A stretch of 64,000 bases of DNA from Longimicrobiales bacterium (GCA_965238005.1 OZ250165.1:768001-832000), one strand, 5' to 3'; shown: positions 20,656-30,739, counted from the stretch's first letter. The notes: generated by a model not told the origin, from the letters alone. Numbers and translations are program-made.

Positions 20656-21756
20656 GTGAGGGTCTTCCCCGATCCCAAGACCGGCTTGTACCAGATCGAG
20701 TGGCGAGAGAACGGGCGCAGGCTCACAAGGTCGCTGCAACACCGCGACTGGAGGCAGGCGAAGACGCAGGCGGACGAGTTCGCTGCGGGATTCGCCGGGC
20801 CGGAGCTGAACGGCAAGAAGAACGCCGAGCCCGAGCCGCTCACGCTGGGCACGCTTTTTGACATCTACGGTGAAGAGGTGACGCCCACCAAGGCCGAGCA
20901 GACACGGCGGCGCGACAGGACCGCGACGAGGATGTTCCTCCAGTTCTTCGGCAGGGACCGAGACCCGGCAACGCTCTCCCAGCGCGACTGGGACCGATTC
21001 ATCGGCGCGCGGCGCGCGGGAAGGATCGGCATCTCGGGCAAGCCCGTGTCCAACAGGACGATCGAGTGGGACCTGACGTTCCTGATGGCCGTGCTCAACT
21101 GGGCGGCGAGGTCGAAGGACGAAGGGGGCCGCCCGATGCTCGACAGGAATCCGCTGAAGGGCCTCAGGAAGCCCAGGGAGAAGAACCCCACCCGGGTCGT
21201 CCTCACCGAACAGGAGTACCAGGGGTTGTTGAGGGTGTCCCGGGAGGTGGACTGGCGGTTCCATGTCGCGCTCGTACTCGCGCATGAGACCGGGCACCGC
21301 ATCGGTGCCATCCGCAAGCTCCGGTGGTCCGATATCGACTTCGAGGGCGAAGCGGTGCGGTGGCGGGCGAAGCACGAGAAGACGGGCTACGAGCACACCA
21401 CGCCCGTGACCGACGAGGCGTTGGACGCTTTGGAGGAAGCGCGAGCGATGAGCGCCGGGACCGGGGACGGGCCGGTGCTGCCCGCCCCGACGGATGCCTC
21501 GCGGTGCGTGGGCCGGTCGCTGCCGAGCTTCTGGTGGCAGAGAGCCCAGACGCTCGCGGCGCTGGAACCGAAGCGGGGCCGAGGCTGGCACTCGCTGAGG
21601 CGGAAATTCGCGTCCGACCTCATGGACCATCCGCTCAAGGTGCTGTGCGAACTCGGAGGCTGGAAGACGGCCAAGACCGTCCTCCAGTGCTATCAGAGAG
21701 CCGACGAGGGACAGCTGAGACAGGCGCTCGCGGACCGCCGGAGAGTTCGGGCCTGA
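20656..21756 (+). CDS. phage-type tyrosine recombinase/integrase
   Basis: ETGHRIGAI, K, WHSLRRKFAS, LGGWKT...CY motifs; start uncertain. Confidence 0.9.
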   Translation: MRVFPDPKTGLYQIEWRENGRRLTRSLQHRDWRQAKTQADEFAAGFAGPELNGKKNAEPEPLTLGTLFDIYGEEVTPTKAEQTRRRDRTATRMFLQFFGRDRDPATLSQRDWDRFIGARRAGRIGISGKPVSNRTIEWDLTFLMAVLNWAARSKDEGGRPMLDRNPLKGLRKPREKNPTRVVLTEQEYQGLLRVSREVDWRFHVALVLAHETGHRIGAIRKLRWSDIDFEGEAVRWRAKHEKTGYEHTTPVTDEALDALEEARAMSAGTGDGPVLPAPTDASRCVGRSLPSFWWQRAQTLAALEPKRGRGWHSLRRKFASDLMDHPLKVLCELGGWKTAKTVLQCYQRADEGQLRQALADRRRVRA

Positions 21757-21760
21757 TCCC

Positions 21761-21845
21761 AATCAGCGGGAATCAATCGGCGGGAATCGCGCCAGCCGAA
21801 TCCGTAAGTTCAATGATCACAACAAGATCCGCACGGGAATGTGCA
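21761..21845 (+). other. att-like end: tandem 14-bp arm-type repeats plus IHF-like motif
   Basis: AATCAGCGGGAATC AATCGGCGGGAATC (21761-21788) just after the integrase stop; AT-rich motif 21804-21830; mobC is truncated at this junction. Confidence 0.5.
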
Positions 21846-22074
21846 TGCTCGCCCAGCGGGCGATCTGGTTGAGGTTGTTGCCGAGACGCGCCAGCTCGCG
21901 GGTGCGCTCGCGCTCCACCTCGGAGTGCGCCACGGTCCAGGTGCGCACCCGGCCAACCGACCGGCGCACCAGATCCGACAGCGTCAAGCCCGCGGAGCGC
22001 GCCTTGGCGTGCCACTCGGCACGCTCCGCCTCGCTGGCGCGGATCTTCACCCGCACGGCGCGTCCAGCGCTCAT
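21817..22074 (-). CDS. mobC: MobC/MbeC ribbon-helix-helix relaxosome accessory protein, C-terminally truncated
   Basis: VKIRASEAE...KARSAGLTLSDLVR and ELARLGNNLNQIARWA signature; no relaxase follows. Confidence 0.85.
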   Translation of the reverse strand: MSAGRAVRVKIRASEAERAEWHAKARSAGLTLSDLVRRSVGRVRTWTVAHSEVERERTRELARLGNNLNQIARWASMHIPVRILL

Positions 22075-22102
22075 GACGCGCCGTCGCCGTTGGGGGGGTG
22101 AG

Positions 22103-22172
22103 AGGGGGCACAGCCCCCCGCCAGCCCCTGCCGGGGACCCGCGAAGCGTGGCCCCAAAGGGTAAGCTGGCTC
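22103..22172 (+). other. oriT-like site (copy 3) upstream of mobC
   Basis: GGGGGCACAGCCCCC hairpin ... GGGTAAGCTGGCTC; adjacent to the mobC start. Confidence 0.6.
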
Positions 22173-22249
22173 TCCCGTGCTAACGGCGAACTCGTCCGCC
22201 GACGCGGACGACCCGGAGACGGCCCCATCGGCGCGCTTTCCGGGGACCG

Positions 22250-22807
22250 TCACGGTCCGCGCGAACTCCATCCGGGTGCGGGCGACGGCCACGACCTGGC
22301 CCAGGCATCCTCGCCCCGGCTCTCCTCGATCCGCTCGCGGATCCACTCCTCGACCTCCGACTCGATCCAGCCCACGGCGCGCGATCCCAGCGAAACCGGC
22401 CGGGGGAACCGCCCCTGGTCCAGCCGCGCATAGATCGTGCTCCGCGACAGGCCTGTGCGGTCCTGCACCTCCGGCAGCCGCAGGAAGCGGGTCGGTGGGT
22501 TCGTTCTCTGTTCGATCGGTTGTTCGGTCATCTCTCTGCTCCTCCTCGTTCTCCTGGCCTGTGGTGAAGGCGTCCGGTGTCGAGCGGGGCGGGGCGGCGC
22601 GCGCGCGCCGCTCGAGTCCCCGTCGTACTCGGCCATGAATGCCAGAACCCGGTCCGCCGTCCTCAGCGACAGCGAGCGTCCACCATCGATCTGGCGCACC
22701 AGATTTGGGTCGCCCAGCGCCTTGATGCCGAACGTCGTCGGCCTCAGGCCCGTGCGCCGGAGGAACGCACTCAACCGCGAGCCGAACTGCTGCTCCAGCG
22801 TCTGCAT
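22250..22807 (-). CDS. alpA: Cro-like HTH fused in frame to AlpA/excisionase domain
   Basis: PTTFGIKALGDPNLV...GRSLSLRTADR then FLRLPEV..RTGLSRSTIY...FPRPVSLG.RAVGWIESEVEEWI. Confidence 0.85.
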   Translation of the reverse strand: MQTLEQQFGSRLSAFLRRTGLRPTTFGIKALGDPNLVRQIDGGRSLSLRTADRVLAFMAEYDGDSSGARAPPRPARHRTPSPQARRTRRSREMTEQPIEQRTNPPTRFLRLPEVQDRTGLSRSTIYARLDQGRFPRPVSLGSRAVGWIESEVEEWIRERIEESRGEDAWARSWPSPAPGWSSRGP

Positions 22808-23387
22808 GCCCGTAACGGTGAAGACCCGTTTGGAAGAACGTCAACCCGTAGGAAATGTCCTAAGTTCTTGCAGTGTATATCGATATCCAGTAATGACAGC
22901 AGCCTTTCCGATGCCTCCGCCAGCGGCGTGGCGAGCGCCCCCGCAGCGCTGGCCACCGACCCCGTCAAGCGTGTGGAACTCGACCGGGAGGTCGGCCCGG
23001 ACCGGGCCGGTCTGGAATCGTCCAGCCGGAGTGGCAGACTGCGAATGCGTGGTCTGAGTGCAGTCGTCGCGCCCCGCCGAAGCCGGGTGCGGAGGCGCGC
23101 GGCAGCCACGGTCCGGCGGACCGGGCCGATTCGCACCGAGGGGCTCACCGATCCTGGAAGGCGGGGATCCGCACGGCGGAGTGCCCCTCGGCGGCCCGGG
23201 GTCTGGAGGTTGCCGGAGAAAACGGGTGCGGAGTTCGAACCCTCTGCGCCCTCGTGCTCCGGTGCGCCCAGGAGGCGGTTCAGCGCGTCAAGGAGGGTAG
23301 GAAGGAGCCGCGCCTTGGAATCGGAGGGGGCTACGTCCGGGCGTCTCGGTATCGGATGCGAGAGCGCCCGGACCGTGACCACGACGG

Positions 23388-23830
23388 CTAGTGGAAGCGG
23401 ATGTCCCCGCGCAGCACTAGGGCCTCCTTCGCTGGCTGCGCTGCGTTGTCCATTCGGCCGAACTCCAAGCCGATGTCGAGCGACGGGCCGGAGTTGAGCC
23501 TGAGGCCGAAACGTTTCTGGCCGGTGGCGTCGGCGACGAGGTAGGGATACCAGAGAAGGCCGCCGCCGAGCCCGAAGCCGACCTCGGTGTCGGAGCGCCG
23601 AGGAGGGGCATGCCGCCCTGGCGTACGAGGCCTGCCGCGTTCTCGAGCGCCCACAGGCTCCGCACGCGGCTGGCCGCCGCGCCCGAGCTGTATCCGAGCC
23701 GCATCCGCAGGCCGCGACCGTCGGCACCGGGCTCGTAGACCAAGGAGCCGCCGTAGCCGCTTTCCTGGTAGGATTCGTCGGCGTAGGCGAGCAAGTATTC
23801 TCCCGCTGACTCTAAACGCCAGCACTCCAC
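23388..23830 (-). pseudogene. C-terminal beta-barrel fragment of a large outer-membrane/autotransporter-like protein
   Basis: Amphipathic strands GYGGSLVYEPGADGRGL, then after a frameshift EVGFGL...LVLRGDIRFH; no N-terminus. Confidence 0.5.
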
Positions 23831-24076
23831 CGGCCCAGTCCAGACCGCATGCGCCCGCCACCGTCGGGATGCGCGCTCCGCGCCGCCGAAGCAAGTAGCC
23901 CCCCACCCGACCGCAAGGGGGGGGGCTGCCCACCAGGCCCGTCCAGTCGCCGGCCCCGGCACCGTCGCGTGCGTCGCGCCGCTCATCGGCCTCGGACCCT
24001 TCTTGTGATCGCGTGGGCCGCATGGTCCCGCCGCTACGCGCCCGAATCGCGCTAGCCACTCCCTTGGCCCATCGGG

Positions 24077-25297
24077 TCAGCCGGTGTCCCTTATAGTCCT
24101 GATCGCTTCGCCGTCCGCGATCGTCACCGGATTGCTCCAGACCGACATTGTACTCACCTCCCGGGCGCCGGTGATCTCCACCACTATCGTCTCGCCGTCG
24201 TCGTCAATCTCGTCGGCCATAAGCGCGACCCCCATCTTCTGGCTGGTGGTCCCGGGCTTGCAGAGGAGCATCACCTCGCCACTCGAACCGAAGTCCACGT
24301 CCGCAGTGGCCGTCCCCCTGATGGTGGTCCGCGCCAGCAATGTGACCGGGTGTATCGACGACTTCGACAGCGTGACCTCAAAGAGCATCACACCGTCGTC
24401 CTCGTTGGCGGTTGCGTCGGCGATGGAGACCGTGAGGTCCGGGCGACCCGGCTTGAGTGTGAGCGTTGCTCTTTGTGAGAGCATCCGCCCGTCCGGGGTG
24501 CATATCGCGCCCGTCGTGCTGCAAGCCCTGTTGGCCGGCAGGATGACCGTCACGTTGGCCCTATGCCGTTCGGGTTTGATGTCGAGCCTCCAACTGCTGG
24601 TCACCGAGCGGGCGCGGCCGTCAATCACTTCGGTACGCTTCCAGCACCGCTTCGCCGCCACCACCGTCCCGCCCGTGACGGTAAACACATGGTCGCGCAT
24701 CGTGCGCCACGATATGGCCGTCGGCTCGCTCAGATCGAGGTACATGCCGTAGCGGACTGCTCCAGATCGATCCGTGGTGCTCCTGACCTGCGTAAGCGTG
24801 GCCGTAAGGGGGGAAAACGCCAGCTTCATCGTCGCCCCCGTCTCGTCTACCGACGGCGTCCCCACCTCCAAGTCCGGAACGGTGACGGCGATCAGTTGCG
24901 TGGCAGCCAATCCACCTGGGTCCGTGGCCCTAACCATCACAGTCGCGCTACCGCGACTCACGGGGGTGAGCGTCAGACTGCTTGCCGAGACGCTGGCGGC
25001 TACGACGCCGATATCACCGGAGACGGCTGCATAAGCAAGCCTGTCGCCATCCGGGTCAGCAAAATGCGGACCCACGTCCAGCGTCGATGTCTCTCCATCG
25101 ACGGTCAATGCCTGCTGAGGGATCGATTCCATGGCGGCTGGAGGGCGGTTGGCCGCAGGCTCGATTGGCGTTGAGACCGACGAAGACGGACCGCCTTCGC
25201 AACCCAACATCTGAGAGAAGATAAGGAACGAAAGACAGTAGAAGTGCCAGATGCGACTGCACGCTCCCGGAGGCCGGGCTCTCACGGAGCTGGCCAC
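24077..25297 (-). CDS. surface (lipo)protein: cadherin/Ig-like repeat + GAICT-DGR domain + Calx-beta
   Basis: MLGC lipobox-like motif; FADPDGDRLAY...VRATDPGGL; CSTTGAICTPDGRMLS; VSIADATANEDDG...TATADVDF...DEIDDDGET; start uncertain. Confidence 0.7.
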   Translation of the reverse strand: MASSVRARPPGACSRIWHFYCLSFLIFSQMLGCEGGPSSSVSTPIEPAANRPPAAMESIPQQALTVDGETSTLDVGPHFADPDGDRLAYAAVSGDIGVVAASVSASSLTLTPVSRGSATVMVRATDPGGLAATQLIAVTVPDLEVGTPSVDETGATMKLAFSPLTATLTQVRSTTDRSGAVRYGMYLDLSEPTAISWRTMRDHVFTVTGGTVVAAKRCWKRTEVIDGRARSVTSSWRLDIKPERHRANVTVILPANRACSTTGAICTPDGRMLSQRATLTLKPGRPDLTVSIADATANEDDGVMLFEVTLSKSSIHPVTLLARTTIRGTATADVDFGSSGEVMLLCKPGTTSQKMGVALMADEIDDDGETIVVEITGAREVSTMSVWSNPVTIADGEAIRTIRDTG

Positions 25298-25442
25298 GTC
25301 AGCGGACGAAAAGCCACTCCGGGAGGCACTTCCGCAACTTCCCGGCTGTAGTGATCCACGACGGGCAGTTCACGCGCGCGACGCGAAGAGGAGATTTGAA
25401 GACATCCGTTTATAGCTCCCTTGAGCGGTAGTGTCCGCCCTT

Positions 25443-26486
25443 TTAGTGATGCCCCCCGATCGGCTCGAAGGACTTCTGCCATCCCAACGTCAGGATCCAG
25501 TCGGTCTGGAGCTGCGGCCCGTTCAGGCTCTGATAGATCGGCAGGCTCCACTCGACGGCCAACCGGTGCCCGCCCAGCACTCCCGCAGGGAACTGGAAGT
25601 TGAGGCCGAGCGGTAAGTCGATGCGCCTTCCTCCTCGAAGATCCTCGCGGACGGTCGGAACGACCATGGGGTTCATGAAGGCTTCGTCGTGTCCCGAGTA
25701 ATCGCCCCAAGTCTTGGCGCACAGTCGCACCGAGAGGCTGATGGGGTCGTGTGGCTTGACGGCATACCATACGGTCCCTTCCATCGACGTTCCCCTTGCG
25801 TAGCCGCGGCTGTTTTCGCCCAACCGGAAGTTTCCGAGGGCCTGCATGCCCCAGGATGTCCGCTCGGTCATACCAAGGAACGTGATTCCGGGAAGAAGGT
25901 CCCAGGTGCCGGATCCGAGCTGCATCGGATACGGCAGCTGCACGGGATTGCCGCCACTCATCGGGGTGACGTCCATCTGCTCGATCGAGCCGGTGGGTAT
26001 CGATACGGCGAGATTGAGGTGGGTGCGTGTTGATCCGGACTGCTTGAGTCCGACGAGGGCGCCGAGCCGAGTGTCGCCCAGTCCCGACGAAGTTGTCGTG
26101 AACTTCCCGCCCATCCGGGTCTCGTGATCCATGGAGTAGGAGTGCCAATTCCCCATGACCATCGTGGTGACCCTGTCGCTGGGCGCATACATCAATCCCG
26201 CCATGTGCATGGCCATCGGCATGTTCGTCGGCGACACCATGAAGTTCTTCAGGACATCCTGGGTCGTCACCTTGTCCGCGCCGGTGCGGTTCGCCGTCAT
26301 GGGCATGCTCATGAAACGATAGGAGAGCATGAACTCTCCCTTGGAGTGCATATGCTCGCCCATCACTCCAATGGGCGCGTGACCATCGGGCCGCGATGAA
26401 GTCCATTCGTACTGCGCCCGCAGCGGAAGCGCACTGCCCAACATCGCCAACACCACGAAAACCAGTTGCCTCATTCGAATTCTCAT
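25443..26486 (-). CDS. Met/His-rich outer-membrane beta-barrel 'transporter' family protein (possibly metal-binding)
   Basis: Signal peptide, RPDGHAPIGVMGEHMH, GLGDTRL, YPMQLGSGTWD, terminal W..SF. Confidence 0.7.
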   Translation of the reverse strand: MRIRMRQLVFVVLAMLGSALPLRAQYEWTSSRPDGHAPIGVMGEHMHSKGEFMLSYRFMSMPMTANRTGADKVTTQDVLKNFMVSPTNMPMAMHMAGLMYAPSDRVTTMVMGNWHSYSMDHETRMGGKFTTTSSGLGDTRLGALVGLKQSGSTRTHLNLAVSIPTGSIEQMDVTPMSGGNPVQLPYPMQLGSGTWDLLPGITFLGMTERTSWGMQALGNFRLGENSRGYARGTSMEGTVWYAVKPHDPISLSVRLCAKTWGDYSGHDEAFMNPMVVPTVREDLRGGRRIDLPLGLNFQFPAGVLGGHRLAVEWSLPIYQSLNGPQLQTDWILTLGWQKSFEPIGGHH

Positions 26487-26948
26487 CTGCCACCCTTTCA
26501 TCGCAGCGTCGTGGCAGGATCTTTCAGCAGGTGAAGATTGAGGCTCACAAGGCCACCTGTGAGCAGAAACCCTTCCAAGAGAATGTTCTGACGCCACGCC
26601 TCTTCCAGCGCGTCCAAGAGGTGGCCCCGAACTTCAAGCATCTTCGCTCGCGCTTCAAGTACCTCCGTGTACACTTCGCCGAGTGCTTGGTGGCAATCGA
26701 GGGCGAAGCCGGCAGCCCGGCGCAGGGAATCGATCCACGGCATGACCGAACGATTACGTCCGTTCGCGGCTGAGGAGAGCCAGCAAGATCCGCTTCATGT
26801 CGGCGGAAGGAATGGTGGGGATACCAGACTTTATAGATAGGTAACTCACTCATAATAAACGGCTTACAGCGCATGAGGACCTAGCCGTTCTGGCAGCAAG
26901 CCTATACGAATCTCGTGCGCTGGATCAGCGGAGCACGGGTGGCACCAA

Positions 26949-27345
26949 TCACGGCAAGTAATCGTCTAAGTTCAACTGGGACTGCACGATCTGCCGCACT
27001 TGCCGCTTTGAGGACATCTGATTCCGCCGCACTGAAATAGCGGGGAAACGGTATCAAAAGGCGGGAGTCCCGGCTCCGCGCTGTTCAGTGTGGGCAATCC
27101 GCCAGCGGGTGTCAGCATGAGGTCCGGTGCCTATCCGCTCCGAGCGAAGCCGTCCGGGTTGGAGCGGAATCGGTGGACGGCTTGGCCTGGAACAGGTGGA
27201 CGGCTTGGCTCGGAATGAGTGGACGACTTCGTCGGAATAGGCAAACTTGGCATAACCCGTCGCGGTAAACCCCGCCTGTTTCGATCCGCGCCCCCCGCGC
27301 GGGGCGGGGCGACGGCATCAAGGGGTTGAACGTCACGCTTATCAG
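26949..27345 (+). repeat. 397-bp direct repeat, copy 1
   Basis: Apparently identical to 44859-45255 (offset 17910). Confidence 0.95.
27165..27243 (-). mobile_element. IS21-family-like terminus inside the duplicated segment
   Basis: TGCCTATTCCGACGAAGTCGTCCAC followed by ~22-bp tandem repeats (ATTCCG..AAG.CGTCCAC). Confidence 0.6.
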
Positions 27346-27377
27346 CATAGCACCGGCCCCCGGGGGGGACCGGCGAC
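27278..27377 (-). CRISPR. orphan type I-C-like repeat, spacer-sized segment and degenerate second repeat
   Basis: GTCGCCCCGCCCCGCGCGGGGGGCGCGGATCGAAAC (27278-27313, minus strand); second hairpin GTCGCCGGTCCCCCCCGGGGGCCGGTG ~36 nt away. Confidence 0.55.
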
Positions 27378-27394
27378 ATGAGAGAGAAACTGTG

Positions 27395-27620
27395 CCATTG
27401 ACCACACGGCCCTGAGCCTGCGGATCGAAGCCTTCGACAGCGGCGCCCCCTCACCGAGTAGGCCCCTGAGCGCCAGCTCGAAATCCCCCTCGGCCAACCC
27501 GTGTAGGTACAGCTCCGGTATCAACTCCCCTACCTCCTTCGTCCGTCTCGCAAACAGCGGCAACACCCGACTCTCGAAGCGTTCCTCCAGACCCCGTACC
27601 CGGGGGCGTCGCACTGTCAA
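27395..27620 (-). pseudogene. internal fragment of a diverged IS256 transposase
   Basis: RRPRVRGLEERFESRVLPLFARRT...LYLHGLAEGDF, nearly the same peptide as 8182-9457. Confidence 0.85.
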
Positions 27621-27634
27621 CGACTGCCCCTGGT

Positions 27635-28045
27635 TCATTTTTCTCGGCGGTGATACCAGATACAGCCTACCAAGATCGGAAAATCGGGAGGCAGCCCAGC
27701 GAAGGGTTGGTACCATGGCGTATCATCCGAGATCCGGAGATGACCAGAGCACAGTGGGCGTAGCCGATGATTCGTGAAAGCGTATACGGTCGGCAAAACA
27801 TAGCCGAACGATTGACAGCCCATTTCTCTCATGTCCACGAACCCATCGTTGTTGTATAGCAGAAAATCCCACCGATCCTCCGAGGGGCTTCTGTCCTCAC
27901 GATAAGCAATGCTCTGGGCTACTGTCCAGCAGGTCCGATATTTAGGAGATCCTGACTGCCAAATCTGAGTTCCAAGCCGGGTCGACCTCTTGGCCGGAGA
28001 GGGTCGGCGCATAGAGGATCGTGAGCAAGGCGGCTAGTCTTATCA
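27635..28045 (-). pseudogene. frameshifted secreted hypothetical protein
   Basis: Signal peptide MIRLAALLTILYAPTLSGQ ends in a stop near 27942; coding appears to continue in another frame to 27635. Confidence 0.35.
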
Positions 28046-28107
28046 TTTTGTGCCTCATCCATTCAGGAACCATGGTGGACCAGTGCCGGGATGTTTCCGA
28101 GGTTCTT

Positions 28108-29091
28108 CTACCCGGCGTCCGCACGCACACCTTCACGAAGAAGCGCGATGCTGTTGATCCAGCCTTTCTCCCCACGACGCTCGGGAAGCACGACCTGGTA
28201 CCATGGATCGCCAGAGCGGTATTTCACTTCGAGTACGGAGATTAGGGTGCCGGCGGGCATGTACCTTATTCCTTGCAAATCCTCAAGACGCTTGGCATCG
28301 AGCGAAGGCATCAAGGGAACGCGGTCTCCAATCAGCCGATAAGACTTGCCAGCCTTCAAGCTGTTCCCGGCGATCAGTGACGCCTCGTGTACCTCTACTC
28401 CCGTCGCAAGCGGGCGAGCAATAGAGGTTTCGGCCTTCCCCGCCAGGTCTCGGCCTTGGACCGCCGCGATGAGGTCCGGGTATTCACGGGCTCCAAACCG
28501 ATTGCCGGAATTGTGGCCGTATGCGTAGGCGGAAATCTCCAGTTCTGACCGGACGGAAACCCCGGTTGTTGGCATTCCCAATTGGGAAAACTTGTTCAGT
28601 TCGGATTGGAGCGCGCGCGCCCACGCCGCATCGTCAATGCGGACCAAGCGGGGCTCTCGCCAGTCGCCAATCGTGCCAGCCTCCGAGAAGTAGTCGAGGC
28701 TGTACGTCTCCGCCTTGCCATCTGACCTGCCGTCGTAGAGCCGTGTGACGCTTAGCTTTACCTCAGCTCGGTCCGGAAGATTGGTGTGGAGCGACACGCG
28801 AATCCCGGCCGTTCCGGCACTCTCCCATCGCAGCTTTAATGTGTCTGCGGCCTTAGCCGCCGGAGCTGGCAGCGCTTTAGCCTCCGGCTCAGCGACTTGT
28901 GCCGTGCTGCTAGTGGCGGTAGCGACCTGTCCCGCACCCTCCGATCCATCGGACAACCCGATTCCGATGAAGAGTATCGCCCAGGACGCCAGCCACACGA
29001 GGAAGGATTTCCCTTTCGAATTCGAGCCGAACATCCCCAGGAAGGATACAGATCCGCTCAGCACGCTCAGGACAATCAGAAATGTGGCCAT
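28108..29091 (-). CDS. membrane-anchored protein with C-terminal SH3b-like domain
   Basis: Two N-terminal hydrophobic helices; GTLISVLE...WYQV...KGWI; RBS GGGAG before ATG 29091. Confidence 0.6.
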   Translation of the reverse strand: MATFLIVLSVLSGSVSFLGMFGSNSKGKSFLVWLASWAILFIGIGLSDGSEGAGQVATATSSTAQVAEPEAKALPAPAAKAADTLKLRWESAGTAGIRVSLHTNLPDRAEVKLSVTRLYDGRSDGKAETYSLDYFSEAGTIGDWREPRLVRIDDAAWARALQSELNKFSQLGMPTTGVSVRSELEISAYAYGHNSGNRFGAREYPDLIAAVQGRDLAGKAETSIARPLATGVEVHEASLIAGNSLKAGKSYRLIGDRVPLMPSLDAKRLEDLQGIRYMPAGTLISVLEVKYRSGDPWYQVVLPERRGEKGWINSIALLREGVRADAG

Positions 29092-29563
29092 GACCCTCAC
29101 TCCCGTGGTGGGCAATCCGTAGGCGTCGCACCCTTGTAGCGCGGGTTGAGTGCCGGTGTGTTGGCCCAATCGCGACCCTTCTTGCCCTTCTTATCGGACG
29201 TCATTATTAGCCGCCTTAACATGTGTTATCCCTTCCGGAGGTATCGGGGGGACCGTGAAATGCCAAGTCACGGGTCCGGCAGCCACTCGATGATGCACGG
29301 GCTCGCGGGCTCGCTTTAGCTGCCACCTATAGACTAAGTGAGCAACCAGCTTAACGGCGTCTTTTATGGCTCCGATGGCTTCCAGTATCCTCCATAACGA
29401 TTCGTCGTCGACAAAAGCGCTCGTGTTCATCTCGCGGATGTTGTGGCGTCCGGCGATCAGGCGTGGCTCTGGGATCTTGCGCTTGTGCGGCTTCACGGCA
29501 GGGAACCTCATATTCGGGGGATTCTACTTTTGGCTTGACGGGTTCGGCATCATCTAAAACTGG

Positions 29564-29821
29564 TTAGTCGGCGGGAGCCGGTCCAAGCCTGATCTCGACT
29601 GCCCGCAGCCGATCATCGATCCCGATCAGTTGTCCCTCGATCTTGTCGATCCGGGCGTTCACGCTGTTGAACCCCGAGACCATACCAGCATCTAAGCGAC
29701 CGACCTGAACAGCGAGATCCCCTACCTGCCCCATTAGGGCCAACATGAGTCCCGCTATCGTCACGAACCCGGTGATCATCCCCACGAATCCGCCGACCGT
29801 CGTCCAGCCATCACGTGTCAT
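29564..29821 (-). CDS. small TM + coiled-coil hypothetical protein
   Basis: Hydrophobic N-terminus, heptad RIDKIEGQLIGIDDRLRAVEIRL; GGAG RBS upstream. Confidence 0.55.
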   Translation of the reverse strand: MTRDGWTTVGGFVGMITGFVTIAGLMLALMGQVGDLAVQVGRLDAGMVSGFNSVNARIDKIEGQLIGIDDRLRAVEIRLGPAPAD

Positions 29822-30097
29822 CGGGTGCCATCTCCGTCCGAAGGGCTCGCCACTGAATACACCTGCTTGCCGAGGCGTGTTTCAGTGTCGGGAAGAAGGA
29901 TAACTCCTAATATCGTGGTCCGTATACGTCAACACATTGCCTTGTGTCGTTTAGAAGCACTTGCCGTTACCCCCACGAACGCCCTATCCTTTCAGCTTGC
30001 AGATGTACAAGGACTTGATCGCGGATTGAAGGCTGTCCGCACCGCTATCTCTATCCGATTCGCGCAGACCTTGCGCACGCGCTGATCCGATTCGCGC

Positions 30098-30364
30098 ACA
30101 ATACCGAGCACCGCCATGGCGGCATCTCGATGCTGACGCCCGAACAGGTCCACTTCGGTTTCGCCGATCAGGTCATCGCCCGCAGGAAGGCCGTGCTCCG
30201 CGAGGCATGGGCCGCTCATCCCGACCGCTTCGTCTCCGGTCAACCGAAGCCTAAACCACTCCCGGAGGCCGTCTGGATCAATCCTCCAAGCCCCACCCTC
30301 ACTACACAGGAGATTGCTCTCTAATTGATTCCCCCAAGTGTCTCATCCGGGTTGACAGGCTCCG
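30098..30364 (+). mobile_element. 3' remnant of an IS3-like transposase with right end
   Basis: EHRHGGISMLTPEQVH...HPDRFV...P..LPEAVWINPP; followed by GTGTCTCA...GTTGACA..CCG terminus. Confidence 0.7.
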
Positions 30365-30433
30365 AAACGCGGGAGGGATAGCCCAGGCTCGGGTTATCCA
30401 GGATTCTCACCGGCAGCGACGAGGACGGCCCTA

Positions 30434-30739
30434 CTAGTCCATGTACGGCATGGGCGGCACGAGCCCGCTGACGCGCGCGTAGACGGTCAGCGCGCCGCGA
30501 TGGTGCGCGGTGTGGTCGGTGATGGCGCTGATGATGGCCATGCGGGGTGCGCCGCCCATGATCGGCCCGTCGGCGATCGGCGCCGTCAACTCCGCGTTGC
30601 TCTTGGAGGACAGCGTGGCCTTGGCAACGGCCACCGCCTTGGCAAACCAAGCCCGCGCGTCGGTGAGCGAGCGGGTCGAGCGGTTGAAGAATTGCTCAGT
30701 GCTCTCGAGTTCGGCGACCGCCTGGTCTGCGAGTGACAT
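30434..30739 (-). pseudogene. DinB-family protein with apparent internal deletion
   Basis: C-terminal DHTAHHRGALTVYAR..G..PP motif; only 101 aa and lacks the first His-containing helix. Confidence 0.65.

Noticed and set aside
27165..27243. ~22-bp tandem repeats as a CRISPR array or iterons
   Set aside because: No spacers; pattern fits IS21-type terminal transposase-binding repeats
28306..28317. GGCATCAAGGG match to the spacer-like segment at 27314
   Set aside because: About 11 nt only; expected by chance, not a protospacer
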